NCBI GenBank assembly: GCA_001724245.1
Contig: MEDX01000679.1
Location: forward strand, 1-48,450
Length of the DNA: 48,450 nt
Source of the DNA: Fonticula-like sp. SCN 57-25
Taxonomy: Eukaryota
Direction: 5' to 3'
In this document: positions 20,519 to 32,915 of the stretch, one piece after another
How the letters are laid out: each line of letters opens with the position of its first letter
Position numbering within the stretch: position 1 is the stretch's first letter
Position numbers and translations under genes: made by a program
Notes under the pieces: generated by a model
What the model saw: the letters and a program-made list of their open reading frames with translations, nothing else
What the model was told of the DNA's origin: nothing
Database searches by the model: none

Positions 20519-23500
20519 CTACGCGGACACGTGCGTCACGGCGACGCCGGCCGCGCGGAACTTTTCGAGCCACACGAGCTTTGACTTGTTGCTCTTGAGC
20601 ACGATCACGACGTTCCTGTTGTTTGCGAGGCCAATGCGGATAAGGCTGCTCTCGGTGGGCAGCTCAGAGACGCTCAGCGTGTTGCCGCGGTGCACCTGGC
20701 GCACGTCAAAGCGGCCGTCGGGCGCCTCATTGGCCGTCACGAGGCACTCATTGAACAAAAAGAGGTGCGTCTGCTGGCCGCTCGCCTGCGACGTGTCGCC
20801 GTTCTTGCGCGGCGCCATCAGCGTCACGGGGCCCTCATAGATGTACTGCAGCGTCGGCTGCTCGAGCGCCTGCGCAGCCGCGTCAGCACAAAGACGACAA
20901 GAAATGTTCACGTACGGCCAAGACGGCGGCGTCGGTGGACCGGAGCAGGCCGCGGACGCGCGCGAGCTCGACGGAGGCGTCGCCCGACTCGGTGCGCACA
21001 TAGTTGGCGGGCACCCAGCCCGTCGCGCCGCTGCTGTTCTCCACCCACAGCCAGTCAACCTTGTCCTCCAGCACGCGGAGAGCGTCGCCCTCTTGCACGC
21101 TCAGACGGTCCGGCCCATCCGCAGCATAGTCAAAGAGCACCTCGGCAGCTGTACGCGGGACACGAATCAGAAAAGCAGCACAAAAAGATGTAAAGCGCAC
21201 TTTTCTGGGTCTTCTTGCTCTGCTTCTTGGCCGCCGGCGACGGGCGAACGATCGGCGGCGCCGAGCCGGTGACGGCGGGAGCCGAGGGGGTCGGCACCTG
21301 CTCAGCGGCGGCAATCAGCGCGTTGGTCGAGTCGCTCACCTGAACAGCCGACGACGGCGACTCTGCCGCCGCCGCCGCCGCCGCAGCAGCAGCAGCAGCC
21401 GGCGAGCGCCTCACGGGCGGGGGCGCACCCTTTGCCGCGGCCGACGGCTTCTTCTGTGTAAAACAAAAAGAGCAGCGTCAGAAATCACTTTAAACACAAC
21501 CTTTAAGCGCGTACGGCAGCCGCCGCGGTTTCGTCGTCGATGGGCTCGACGTACGACTCGGGAAAGTGGCCACGGGTGCCGTCGAGGACGCCCTCCCACC
21601 AACCGTCGGCGTGACGCGCAGCGACCTCGATGATGGCGCCGCTCTCGAACGAAAGGTCGCCGGCCTTGCCCGCATAGCGGTGCAGCGCGCGGACGTACTT
21701 TGTCTGGCCGGCCGCCCCTGCCGCCGACGGCGTAGCGGGGAAGGTGACCATGTCACGGTGCGCAAAGCCACGCATGCCGTCGACCTCGGCCTCCCACCAG
21801 CCGTTCTCCACCTCGCTGTGCAGCGTGACGGTGGCGCCGGCTGAAAAGGACAGCTCTTGCGCAGTGCGGCCCTCATAGTCCGAGTTGGCGATGCACTTGA
21901 TGCCGAGCAGGTTGGCCGACGAGCGACGGCGCGATGACTTGTCCTTCTTGAGCTTGGCCGAGCTGCTCGCCTTGCGCTGCTTCTTGGCAGGGTCCTTGGC
22001 CTCGCCGTCCTTGGCCTCGTCAGCGGCGCCCTCCTTGGCCTCCTTGGCCTCCTTGGCGCTCGACTTGCGGCGGCGCGGCTTGTCAGACTTTTCGGCCTTT
22101 TCCTCCTTGGTGCGCGACGACTTGCGCGACTTTTTCGGCGCAGCCGTGTCGGCGGCGGGAGCGGCCGCGTCCGCCGCTGACGGCGAAAAGGCGTCGTCAA
22201 AGACGTTGGACATGGCGTCCGTGGCGGGTGCGGGCGCACCAAACGCGTCGTCCAGCGAAAAGCCGTCGCCGCCGCTCGGTGCGGGCCCGCCAAAGTCGTC
22301 GTCAAACGCGTTGGCAGACCACGAGTCGTCCTTGAAACCATCATCAAACTCGTCGTCAAAGCTGTCCTCCGAGCCAGACTGGTCAAAGTCGTCAAAGTCG
22401 CCAGCGGTAGCCTCGACAACGCCCTCAAAGTCGTCAAAATCGGACGTAGACGGGGCAGCGGCAAGCGCAGGGGCAGAAGCCAGAGCGGGCGCAGGGGCGG
22501 GCTTGTCAAACGCCTCGTCAAACGCGGCGTCAAACGACGGCGACGCGGCCACCGGGCTGGCAGCAGCGGCAGCAGCGGCGGCGGCAGCCGGCGAGCGGCG
22601 CTTCGGGGGCGGCGGGGCGACCTTTTCGGTGCTCGGCGACGAGGCCGCGGCGGGCGACGGGCAAGTGGGCAGCGCCGGCACCGCATCGGCCTCGGCCGCG
22701 ATGGACTTTTCAAATGCCTGCGCGCTGCCAAAGGCCTCGAAAGAGCTGCTCGCAAGCGGCCCCGACATGTTCATCGCCGAAAAGGCGCTGTCAAACGACG
22801 CGAACGAGTCTCGGGCAACCGCGGGGCTCGCGGCCGGCTTGGTCTCCTTCTCGGCCGCCTTTGGCCGGCTTGGCAGGGCAGGGGCGCTGCTCTCAGCAGC
22901 AAACAGATCGTCGTCAAACGCATTGGACATTGAGGTGGCCGGCTCGGTGGCAGCGGGTGTCGAGTCACCAAACGCATCGTCGCCAAACGCATCGGCGGCC
23001 GACGTGGCCGGCGCGGCGGAGGAGCCGCCAAAAGCGTCGTCACCAAAGACGTCCGACGACGACGCGGCGGGCGTGGGTGCCTTGTCGGCTTCGCTGAAAA
23101 AGTCGTCGCCAAACCCGTCCGACGACGGCTTGCTCGCCTTGAACATATCATCATCGAAGGAAGCCGACGGCGCTGGCGAGGCAGTGACGGGGGTGCCCTT
23201 GAGGGGCGACGCGGGGACCGCCTCCGGCTTGGGCGACGCGGAGGCACCAAAGAAATCGTCGTCAAAGGAGGCCGACGCGGCGGGAGAGGCAGTCACAGGG
23301 GTACCCTTGAGGGGCGAACCGGGCGCAGCAGCAGGCTTGGGTGAAGCACCAAAGAAATCGTCGTCAAAAGAGGCAGAAGACGAAGGAGCAGGCGCCGGCT
23401 TGGTCGACGCGGCGGCGCCAAAGAAATCGTCGTCAAAGGAAGCGGACTGTGCAGGAGAGGCAGCGGCAGAAGACTTGAGCGGCGACACCGGCGCGGCCGC

Positions 23501-25919
23501 AATCTTGGGCGAAGGGGCAGCAAACAAATCATCATCAAAGGAGGCAGAGTGCGCGGCGGGCGACGCAACGACCGATGCAGTGACGGCAGCCGCCTTCATC
23601 GGCGACGCGGCCGCAACCGGCACCTTGGGCGACGGGGCCGCAAAAAAGTCGTCGTCAAACGCAGCCTTCACGGCCGATCCCTGTGCGGCCTTGGCCGACG
23701 ACGGCGCAGTGCCAGAGCCCATCGTAAACGAATCGCCAAAGCCGCTACCGCTTGTCTTGATGGCCGGCGGCACGGCGGAGGTCTTGGCGGCCTTGCCAAA
23801 CACGTCATCGTCCTCAAAGGCGTTGCCGCCCTTTGCCGGGGCCGACGCAAAAAAGTCATCGTCCGAGCTGCTGCTGGTCGCCGGCGCGGCGGGCTTGGCG
23901 CCAAACGCGTCATCGTCAAAGCCATGAGAGGCGGCGGTGGCCGGCTTGGCGCCAAAGGCGTCGTCAAACGAGGTCGACATGCTCGCGGACGTCGACGCGG
24001 TGTCAAAGGCGCCAAAGGGATCGTCGAATCCGGCGCTGGACGATTGGCGAGCGGCCGCGCGCATCTCGCGGCGGCCCGCGGCGGTGTTGGGGGTCGCCTT
24101 GATAATGTTGCGCTGCTCCTCAATCTGCTGGTTCAAGGCGAGGATGGCCGCCTTCTCAGCTTCCGCCTCCTTGGCCATCTTTTCGTTTTCGAGCGTGAGC
24201 TGCTCAATGTTTTGCTTCAGCTCGGCCAGCTGTGCATTGACCTGGGCCTCGTTCTTGGCTAAAAAAGTCATTACGTGAGCCGCCCCGCTATTGCAAAAAT
24301 CATCGCAATGCGCACCCAGATAGTCGCCCTCGGCCGTGACGCCGGCGCGCATGTTTTCGAGGAAGCTACGCATCTGCACAAGCCTCGCCTCGTTCTCACC
24401 CTTTTCGTGCAGCAGCTGCTGGCGCGTGATGCTGATCTGCTGCAGGTCGCGCTGCACGTTCGCGGCGTTCGTACGCAGCCCGCCGAGAGCCTCGGTGGTC
24501 GACTGGCAAGGAAATGGCAACATTAATACCCACATAAACTAAAGTTCCACGCGCGCACCTCTGCCTTTGCCTGAAGTTCCTTGAGCTTGGCCGTCTCCTC
24601 GTCGTGCGACATCTTGATGCGCGCGTACTCCATCCCGACCTGCTCCTTTTGGCGACTGAAATAAACGGCACCATCGTTAGTCACAGCGCGCCACCGCATT
24701 TCTGCGTACCGCTGAAGCTCAATCTCGGTGCGGATCGCCTGCAGCTCCTGGTCGCGGCGCTTCCGGTTGTACTCTTCCTGGCGACGCTCGTTCTCTGCGC
24801 GGATTGCGGCCTCGCGCTTCTCCGTCGCCTCGCGGCGCACGCGCTCCGCAGCAGCTTGACTGAAAAGAAATTTAGATACACAACTCACACATAGAGTGTA
24901 TACGCACCGCTCTGCCTCTTCGCGCTGGCGAGCGCGCTCCTGCTCTTCCATGGCCTGGCGCCTGCGCTGAAGCTCGGCGTCGGCGGCCGACATGTTCTCG
25001 CGGCGGCGCATCTCAAAGTCGGACGTCGCGGCGGGGCTCTGCGCGGGCATCGCCGTGGTGCGCGTCTGCGACGGAGGAATAAAGTTGGCCGGCAGCACCT
25101 TGGGCAGCGGCGTGTTGGCCTGCACCTGGCGCACAAGGTACATGGCCAGCGCAAACTCTTCGGCGTCCAGCGCGCCGCGCTTACGCGTATCGACCAGGTT
25201 CCACAGCTCGGCAAGGATGTACTGCGGAAGCGACGTGGACGACAGCACCTGCGAAGCCATGTTGCCTATCAGCCACCGCCACGCGTCAGTCACAGCCGAT
25301 CGTTGCAAGTCAGCGCACCAGGCATCAGCCCCATGGGCGATCCGACGAGGTTGACAAACGTCCGGTCCGACTCGGCCTTTTCGGCAGGCGAGACGACCCA
25401 TTGCGACCCTCCGGGCGCGCCCAATGATGCAGCGGGGGCGCTGCCGCCCGAGCGCAGCGCCTTGAGGTTGGCGTGCTGGAGCGACGGGGGTAGCTTGGCC
25501 GGAACGGGCACGCCAAACTTGCTGCGGTCCACGAGAAACATGGCAACGATAAACTCGTCAATGTCAAGGCGACCGTCCCGAGAAATATCGGCCAGTTGCC
25601 TATCACATGCCGGGTGAGACAAAGATGAAGCGGTGTGACATCTGCGTACCAGATGGAGGCGAGGGTTGTATGGTCCAGCCGAGATTCAATCATCACGGGC
25701 CGGCATGCATCGCCTGTATCAGCCGTGAATAAGCAGAGGGACATAAAGTTGGGCATAGCGTACCGGAAACAAAGCCGTCGGGGCCCTTCAGTTGGTTGAA
25801 CTGGTTCTCATACCTGAGCCGCTGATCGGCGTTCAGCACAAACTGACTCGCTACAAGTCGCAATGAAAAGCAAAGAACGATACATAGTATTAGCTAAATG
25901 GACGGGCAAAAGGGTTCAT
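20519..25919 (-). CDS. ITSN: Intersectin-like endocytic scaffold: 2 EH, coiled coil, acidic FDDxF repeat region, 3 SH3, PH; many short introns
   Basis: EH motifs LASIWQLADISRDGRLDIDEFIVAMFLV and LAELWNLVD..EEFALAMYLV; intersectin-type FEMRRRENM..ELQRRRQ; SH3 motifs GWWEAE, GWWEG..GHFPESYVE and GWVPANYV; PH HLFLFNECLV..KLVW. The start codon is uncertain (atypical gtccat donor). Confidence 0.8.
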
Positions 25920-26193
25920 GTGGTAAAACGAGGAGAACTAGACGCACAGGCCATCGCCGTAGGATAAACAGGAGGGCGTCCGGCCCAGCGTTCCCCTGCA
26001 GCGGCCAACCAAAAGTTTACTTTGGTGGTAATGTACAGTCAGCGTTACGGTAAAGATCGAAACTGTTTTCCAGAGAGGTCCGCTGAGAGGATTCGCAGGT
26101 ATGGCAAAATGTATAATATTGTGCACAATAATATCAATAATTGACAAACAATGCAAACTAAGCAAACAAATTAACTACTACGCAAACGTCCAG

Positions 26194-29100
26194 CTATAGG
26201 TTTGATTCGCTCCCAAGAAATACACCTGCCGACTTGCAATTCTCTGTAAAGCGCTGCATCTCGTTGCGTAATGTGGACACGGTGTGGGTCCATCCGATAG
26301 ACTCTGCCGCGTCGATGGCGCGCTGTAGAATGGCATGCGCCTGCACGTGGTCACCCTTGATCATGAGGTAGTGCGCGCGGTGCTTGAGCGAGCAGACGCG
26401 GGCGCACTTGAACGTCCGGGCAAACTCGGCCATGTCGGTCATCCACTTTTCGAGCGACGCCTCGATGGGCGCGTTCGCCGGCAGCACCTGCGAGCCCTCG
26501 GCCGGCCTCAGCTTCTGCTCGAGAAGACGCAGGTACACCTCCGTCACAAACTGGAACGTGACCAGCTCCTGAGTCGGGATGAGGGTGAGGAAGTCCTTGG
26601 GCGGCTGGAGCGACTCGACCAGCTCGAGGGCACCGCCAAAGTCACCGAGGCGCGCCATGATCAGCGCGCGGAGCGTAGAGTGCATCGTGCGCAGGTTCGG
26701 AAGGCCGCCTTCGGGCCAGCTGATCTTGTCCGCCTCGGCAAGCTGCTCGCGGAGGTTCTCGGGCGTGGGCTCGACAGAGCGGAAACGAACGATCTGGCGC
26801 GACACGTCCAGCATCGTCATCATGCGGCGGTCCTTATCAACGCCGCCGTTGCTGACTTGCATCAGGAGACGGTCGGCTTCTAAAAACGCAACTGTGGTCA
26901 GCCAAGCAGGAACAAGACATTAATCGGCGCCGTACCGCCCATCATCTCGCCCGTGCTGCAGTACACCGACGAGGCCATCAGCAGGTTGAAGCACCACAGG
27001 TTGGTGTAGCCGGTGGCGAGCCTCATATCGGCAGCCTGCTTGAGCAGCAGGACGCTCTCGGAAATGTTGCCCTCGGCAAACGAGCGGAAGCCGAGCGACA
27101 CAAAGAATCGCGCGAGGGCCGAGCGGTTGTCCGTGTCGGTGAAACGCATGCTGTGCATGAGCGACACGCGACGCAGGGCACTAGAGAAACAGCATGAGTA
27201 CACGGGCGGCGCTGCCAAAGGCGCTGGAACGTACTCGGAGAGCGACATCAGAGGGCGGCGCATGAACGGGATGCGCATCTGGACGAACGTGTTGGAGAGC
27301 TTCATGCACACGACGGCATACACAGCGTCGTTGCCGCTGCCGAGGATGCACCTAGAGTGGGTGTTAGATCACCAATGGCAGCACAATCGAGTCGTACGCA
27401 TTGAGCGCCGTAAGGTGGGCCGCAATCTTGCGCAGGCGCATGCAGTTGGAGGACGACTTGGTATCGTTAAAGGCATCGAGAGAGTTGCTCTGACGGGCCA
27501 AATGTGAGCTAAACAAAAGTGTACACAAGGAAATTCCGTACCATGTAGAGGAACATTGCGGTATTGTCATAGTACGCGGTCGTGCGGCGGAACTTGATCA
27601 CCGACTTGCAGAAAAAGCGCGCCAGAGGCATGTGCAGCAGCAGGTGCTTGAGGCCTTGCGAGACAATGGTGTAGATGAGATAAAGGACATTTTGGGACTC
27701 GAACAGGCGCTGGAAGCCGAGCAGCTCGATGCCTTGCACGGCCCATTTCTCCGCGTCCTGCAGGTGGCTCGACCGATAGGCGTAGACCATCGACTTTGAA
27801 ATGAGACCGACGCTCTTCATCGCGGACGAGCCGTCGGCGGGGGCGGGCACCATCGCCTGCAGCAGGAGCAGAGAAATGACCGCGATGAAGGAGAAGTACG
27901 CGCCCACCAACCAGATATTCACGACAAAGTCCATTATAATGTTGATGACGTGCGCGAGGCCAAGCACCACCACAGAGTCAAACTGACCCATCGAGAACTG
28001 GCTCAGCGAGAACGACTGCAGCGCGCGGCCCAGCGGAGCTGACGTCACCTCTGTGCTCGGCGTGATGTACGAGAAAGAAATAGCAGACATGCTCATCATG
28101 AACAGCATGGCGCCCTAGAAACCTCATTGTCAGCAACCCCGTAGTATTCCACAATCACGCTCGCACCATCATGACCGTGACTGTGCGCGCCACCGTGCTG
28201 CCCATCGACTGCGCGGTGGTCGGTCGCCCGGATCGTAACGACGCGATCTGGTCTTGTAAGGCGGCGATTTCCAGCTTGTTTTGTTCGTTTTCCTACGAGC
28301 ACGTGGGTTTAGCACAATCGAGGCCGAAATATTTCTTCCGCACGCACCCTTTTTAACCTGCCGTTCGCCTTGATCAAAAAGGACATGTATTCGACAGACT
28401 TGTTGAGGATGGCTCCCTTGGAAACGCGCTTGCCCGACGGCAGATTTACAGGGAGCATGCTCCGGAGCGTGCCAATGGCATCATTGATGGTCGCCTGGCG
28501 CTTGCGCTCGCTCGCATTGTGGCGGTCCTTGAACGTCGATTTAGAATTTGGGTTCGACTGGTCCGACCCGCTGTCATCGTCGTCGTCGTCGGCCTCGCCG
28601 GGAGCGTTCCTAAAGTTCGCATAGTACTGGCCGCTGCCGCTAAAGCCGAACGACTCGTCCTCGGTCACGCTGTCTGAAGGGGTCGCCGTCGATGTCGACG
28701 CGGGCGACGTGCTCTGCTCGCTCGGCGACCACGACTGCTCAAACGGCGAGTGCGGGACCACGGGGACAGTGCCGGGGGAAATGTCAAACTTGATGTTTGG
28801 GGCGAACGCAAAGGCCGAGCGGAAGGCAACGTCGTCGTGCATATCGGCACTCTCAGCCGTCGAGTGCAGCGGCGGAATCAGTACATCCGCCGAGTCGTCT
28901 GCGCATGCGCGGCACCCGTGAGCAAAAGCAAAAGGAGTTTTACCCGTGGAACATACCGATGGGAAGCATGGAAAAGTGGCTAGCGGCCTGCGGCAGCGCG
29001 CCAAAGTCAATTGGATAGGCGGTCTCCTGTGCCGACGCGGCCACCTGCTGCTCAAAGTACTCAAATGTCTCGTTCTTGAACGGTGTCGTGCCACTCATAA

Positions 29101-29242
29101 GGTCGGAAGTGGCCCACCCTTCATCGTGCTCGCTCGCACCGGCAAACAGGTCGCCTGCGCCATCCCTAAGCATATTTGTAAGCCCAGGCCCTCCCTATAT
29201 AGGGATGACGTACATCCACGGGCCAATACCGTTGCCGTCCAT
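26194..29242 (-). CDS. Membrane-tethered bHLH-ZIP transcription factor with SREBP-like topology; multi-exon
   Basis: Acidic N-terminus; bHLH KDRHNASERKRQATINDAIGTLRSMLP..SKGAILNKSVEYM; zipper; TM1 RTVTVMMGAMLFMMSMSAISF; loop with GRALQS; TM2 VVNIWLVGAYFSFIAVISLLLL; long helical C-terminal domain. Canonical introns join the segments. Confidence 0.75.
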
Positions 29243-29444
29243 CCCGAGCGAATCAACAAAGACTTGCACGGAAATAACAAACGGACGCAAAAATAGAGCC
29301 CCAGCACACGTCAACGCCTGAAAATACTGTAGGGCGGGCCACGGCGTGCACCACGGTGTGGTGAGAGAGAAGTTGACGACGAACGCACGACCAGCTGATT
29401 TACATTGCAGTTTGCATGAGCAAACACTGAGGCCACGTGATCCG

Positions 29445-30203
29445 ATGGCGAGCGCAAAGGCGACGGCCGCCCCGGCGGTGCCTATCGACGCGTCGGCGAG
29501 CGAGCCGCTCCGCCTCGAAGAGGAGCATGTGCATCGTGTGTACGAGCACATTGCCGGTCATTTTAGCGAGACACGGTACAAGCCGTGGCCGGTTGTCCAG
29601 GCCTTCCTTGACCGGATCCCGGCAGGATGCTTGCTGGCTGACGTGGGATGCGGGAACGGCAAGTACATGGGCGTCCGCAAGGACATTGGTGTCGTCGGGG
29701 TGGACAGGAGCAGCGGCCTGGTAAAGATATGCAGAGACCGCGGGCTAGAGGCGCACGTTGGGGACGCGCTCTGTACACCCTTTCGAAGCGGCTCGTTCGA
29801 CGCTGCCATCTCGGTTGCCGTGCTTCACCACATGGCCACGCCCGAGCGACGGCTCGAGGGGATCAAGGTACGCCGTCAACTGGGTTTTTGCTTCGAGCGA
29901 CCACATTCTGACGCGGTTTTATTGCAGGAGTTGCTGCGGATTGTGCGGCCGGGAGGGTCGATTCTCATATACGTGTGGGCACTCGAGCAGACGGGCAAGC
30001 GCTTTGACGCGGCCGACAATCTCGTACCGTGGCAGCTGCAGCAGCGGTTCAGCGACGACGGGTCGTCGACCAAATTTATGCGGTACTACCACATGTTTGC
30101 CAAGGGGGAACTAGAGAGCCTATGCGCGCAGGCGAGCGAGGCCGAGCTCGTGGCCTCGGGGTACGACCGCGACAACTGGTGGGCCGAGCTCAGGAGACGC
30201 TAA
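29445..30203 (+). CDS. TRM9: tRNA wobble-uridine carboxyl methyltransferase (Trm9/ALKBH8 MTase domain); intron 29868-29927
   Basis: LEEEHVHRVYEHIAGHFSETRYKPWP, DVGCGNGKY, ISVAVLHH, YVWALEQ, RYYHMF..GEL, DNW. Confidence 0.92.
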   Translation: MASAKATAAPAVPIDASASEPLRLEEEHVHRVYEHIAGHFSETRYKPWPVVQAFLDRIPAGCLLADVGCGNGKYMGVRKDIGVVGVDRSSGLVKICRDRGLEAHVGDALCTPFRSGSFDAAISVAVLHHMATPERRLEGIKVRRQLGFCFERPHSDAVLLQELLRIVRPGGSILIYVWALEQTGKRFDAADNLVPWQLQQRFSDDGSSTKFMRYYHMFAKGELESLCAQASEAELVASGYDRDNWWAELRRR

Positions 30204-30493
30204 AGAGACAGTTTGCGCAAGCGCGTTGTATGATTATGTATAAGTAGAAAAATTGCCAATGGATGATAATAACAAGCAAAATTACATTATTTTGTTGCTG
30301 TTGCTAGTGTTGTTACAAGGGGATGCAGGAGCGGAACAATAGAGAGGGAGGATAGCGGAAAGGCAGGGAGGTGAGAAAGATCTATAGGAAAAACACACCC
30401 GCCGGATGCACGTTCCTGCAAAGCCACTGGGAAGGCCCGATAAATACAGAGATAATTTTTTTGGCTGCCAGCAAAGAAGAAGAAGAAAACAAC

Positions 30494-32577
30494 TTAGCCG
30501 TGTCTTACCTTGACGGGCTTTTCGTCCTCGCCGCCCACTTCGCCCGACGGGATCTTGAGCAGCTTGAGGCGCTTCGCCGGGTTCGGGGTCGCCGGCGACC
30601 CGCCCGGCGGCGGCGGCGTGCCGCTCGTGTTGAGCCCCGGCGTCACCTTTACAAGAGTGGCGCCGGCGCGGCCGACCAGCCCGCCACGCTGCAGGCGGCT
30701 GCGCGCACCGTCGCCGCCGTTCAGGCTGCTCAGATCGGGCGGCGTGTAGAAGGGGATGGGCACGCTGAACGGCGGGCGCCACGCAAGGGCCGGATCCACG
30801 GCAAGGTGCGCGGCCGCATCCTGGTCCTGCGCCTCCAAAAAGGGCACGTCGTACTTGGAGCCCGCTACGAGCTCGCTCGAGTCGATTGGTGGGCGGCGGT
30901 CAATAATGCGCCTGCCGCCGCGACCAATGCGGCGCCGTACGCTGAACCCGTTGCTGTCGCGGCTGCTGGGCACAAACTCAAAGCACGCGCGGCGTTCGTC
31001 CACGGGCGCCTTGAAGGACACAGAGAGCGCCGACGTCATGTCAAAGAACTGGCTCTCCGACCATCTTGGGTGCGATACGGACGACACGTCGTGCAGCACA
31101 TACGTCGGGTAGGCGGGGTCGACGCCCATAACCACGCGCTCTGGTGGCAGCCGCAACTCGGGCTGCACCTGCTCGGCTTCCAAGCGCGGGTCGAGAGAAG
31201 GGATTGTGATGGCCGAGTCGCGGTCGCTCGAGACTTGCTTGACGCCCGACCCGTTGATGCTGATCCGAAGCTTGGGCGGTGGCGGCTGCATTGGCCGCTT
31301 CTTGGTCTGCGGGCAAAGGATTAGATATAGGAAGAGAGGCACAAGGCATCCGCGTACCTTGAGTTCGTCGTCCTCGAGCAGGAGCGACGGCTGATACTTT
31401 TTGTAGAGGTCGTGGAGCTTGACCTTTTGGTCGAACGCGAGCATGTCGAGCAGCAGAGCCTCGCGCTTAAGGCGGTCGCGCTTGAGCGTGTTGTCCATCA
31501 GCGTGCGCGCCTGGGCAAGACTGTCCCGCAAACTCTTGAGCTTTTCGTAGGAAATCTGGTCGTTGCGGCGCATCTTGCGCGTCTGCCTGAGCTCGCGCCT
31601 GCGGAAGCAGACAAAGGGATCGGGGTCATTCGCCTTGGTTTCCGGCTTGGTCGACCAGATCAGCGGATGCTTTGCAGCAGCGCGCTTCTCCTTCCAATAG
31701 TCGCAGACGGTGCTCGCCTGGGGATGCGCCCCGAGCTGAGGCGCAGCAGCCGTCAGGTCCGCCAGCGTGGGGTAGTTTTCCTGCAAGATAGTGAGCAAGC
31801 GAATGCAAAAATGATCCAACCCAAGCCGTACGGGTGTTTCAGCATAGGCCTGCTCGAGCTGCGTGAATATTTGCTCAAAGACTTCTTCCGAGATGGCATT
31901 CTTGCCGGTGAACTGCTTGAGCCACTCGGCGTCACTCTCGTCAAGGTCATATGTGTCGTTGGCAAGCTCATCGATACCTAAACCGCACAGTCAGGGCCCA
32001 CTCACAGAGTATAGTCGCGCGTGCATACCTCCATGGTACCGGATAAGCCTGTGAGGCGTGGTAAATGTCGAAAGGTAAAGGCTGTCATAGTCTGGAATCT
32101 CGTTCGAGGCGTCGGGGACGGGAATAAACACTTCTGTCTTGGGGCCATCCACCTGCGCGGCAGAAATTACGGCTTGCAAGTGGTGTTCCTAGAAGGAATG
32201 AGAAAATGTAAGACACGGTCACTGCCCCTCAAGAAAATGGGCGCGCAAATAACGGAAACGGAAAGGACATATGCAAGCATCGGGTAGCGGCGCCGCATCC
32301 CATAGTATAATACGTCATTCGACAGATCAAAATACGCCCCACCATAATTTGAATTAAAAGCAAACACCACAAAGACACCATACGTAGAGTCAACGCGGTC
32401 AAAGTGCCAGATCGGCGATCGTACCTCTTCCTCTTCCTTTTCGACACCGGTGATGACGGGAATAAACGTCCGGCCAATTAAAGCCTCGTCAGCGTCTTGA
32501 AGCTCTTCAAGACGGAATACTCGGAGCCTTTTTCCTATCTCGAGCTTGCGAGCTCGCACCGCTGGCTTCGTACTCAT
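30494..32577 (-). CDS. EPC1: Enhancer of polycomb (NuA4 subunit EPC/Epl1); multi-exon, 3' end uncertain (may splice on to ~30282)
   Basis: RARKLE, TGVEKEEEE|EHHLQ, IPVPD, YDLDESD..W, YWKEKR, DPFVCFRRRE..TRKMRRND, RRRIGRGGRRIIDRR. Confidence 0.9.
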
Positions 32578-32915
32578 GGTGATGATGACGTCAGGAGATC
32601 ACGATGGTACCCTCCGATTGTGTTAAAATTGGTGTACCGATTCAAGCGAAAACGCCAATAATACCAACCAGCATTATGCTCCAAAAGCCAAGGAACAAAT
32701 TGGCACCCGCAGAAAGCGAGGTCAAATAGGGAAAAAAAGACTTGTACTATGAGGCAACGCCCGGCTCAGCCCTTGATCCCGAGAATCAGCGACGTCTTTC
32801 CCGTGGCGCCCAAACCGATTTTTTCCTTGTTTTTTCTCGATCCGGATCGAACCATTCCGGATCCAGGATCAAGATTCAGCTGTGCTGACGGGCAGGAGGC
32901 AGGAGGCAGGAGGCG

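Noticed and set aside
21885-23927. 680-aa plus-strand ORF
   Set aside because: Antisense shadow of the low-complexity intersectin exon.
29346-30203. ORF-track 285-aa Trm9 with N-terminal extension and internal insert
   Set aside because: The extension starts at a non-ATG codon, and the insert VRRQLGF..LLQ is an in-frame 60-nt intron (29868-29927).
32837-32850. 14-bp palindrome tcgatccggatcga in the EPC/2H divergent promoter
   Set aside because: Single short occurrence with no supporting structure; may be a binding site but cannot be supported from sequence alone.
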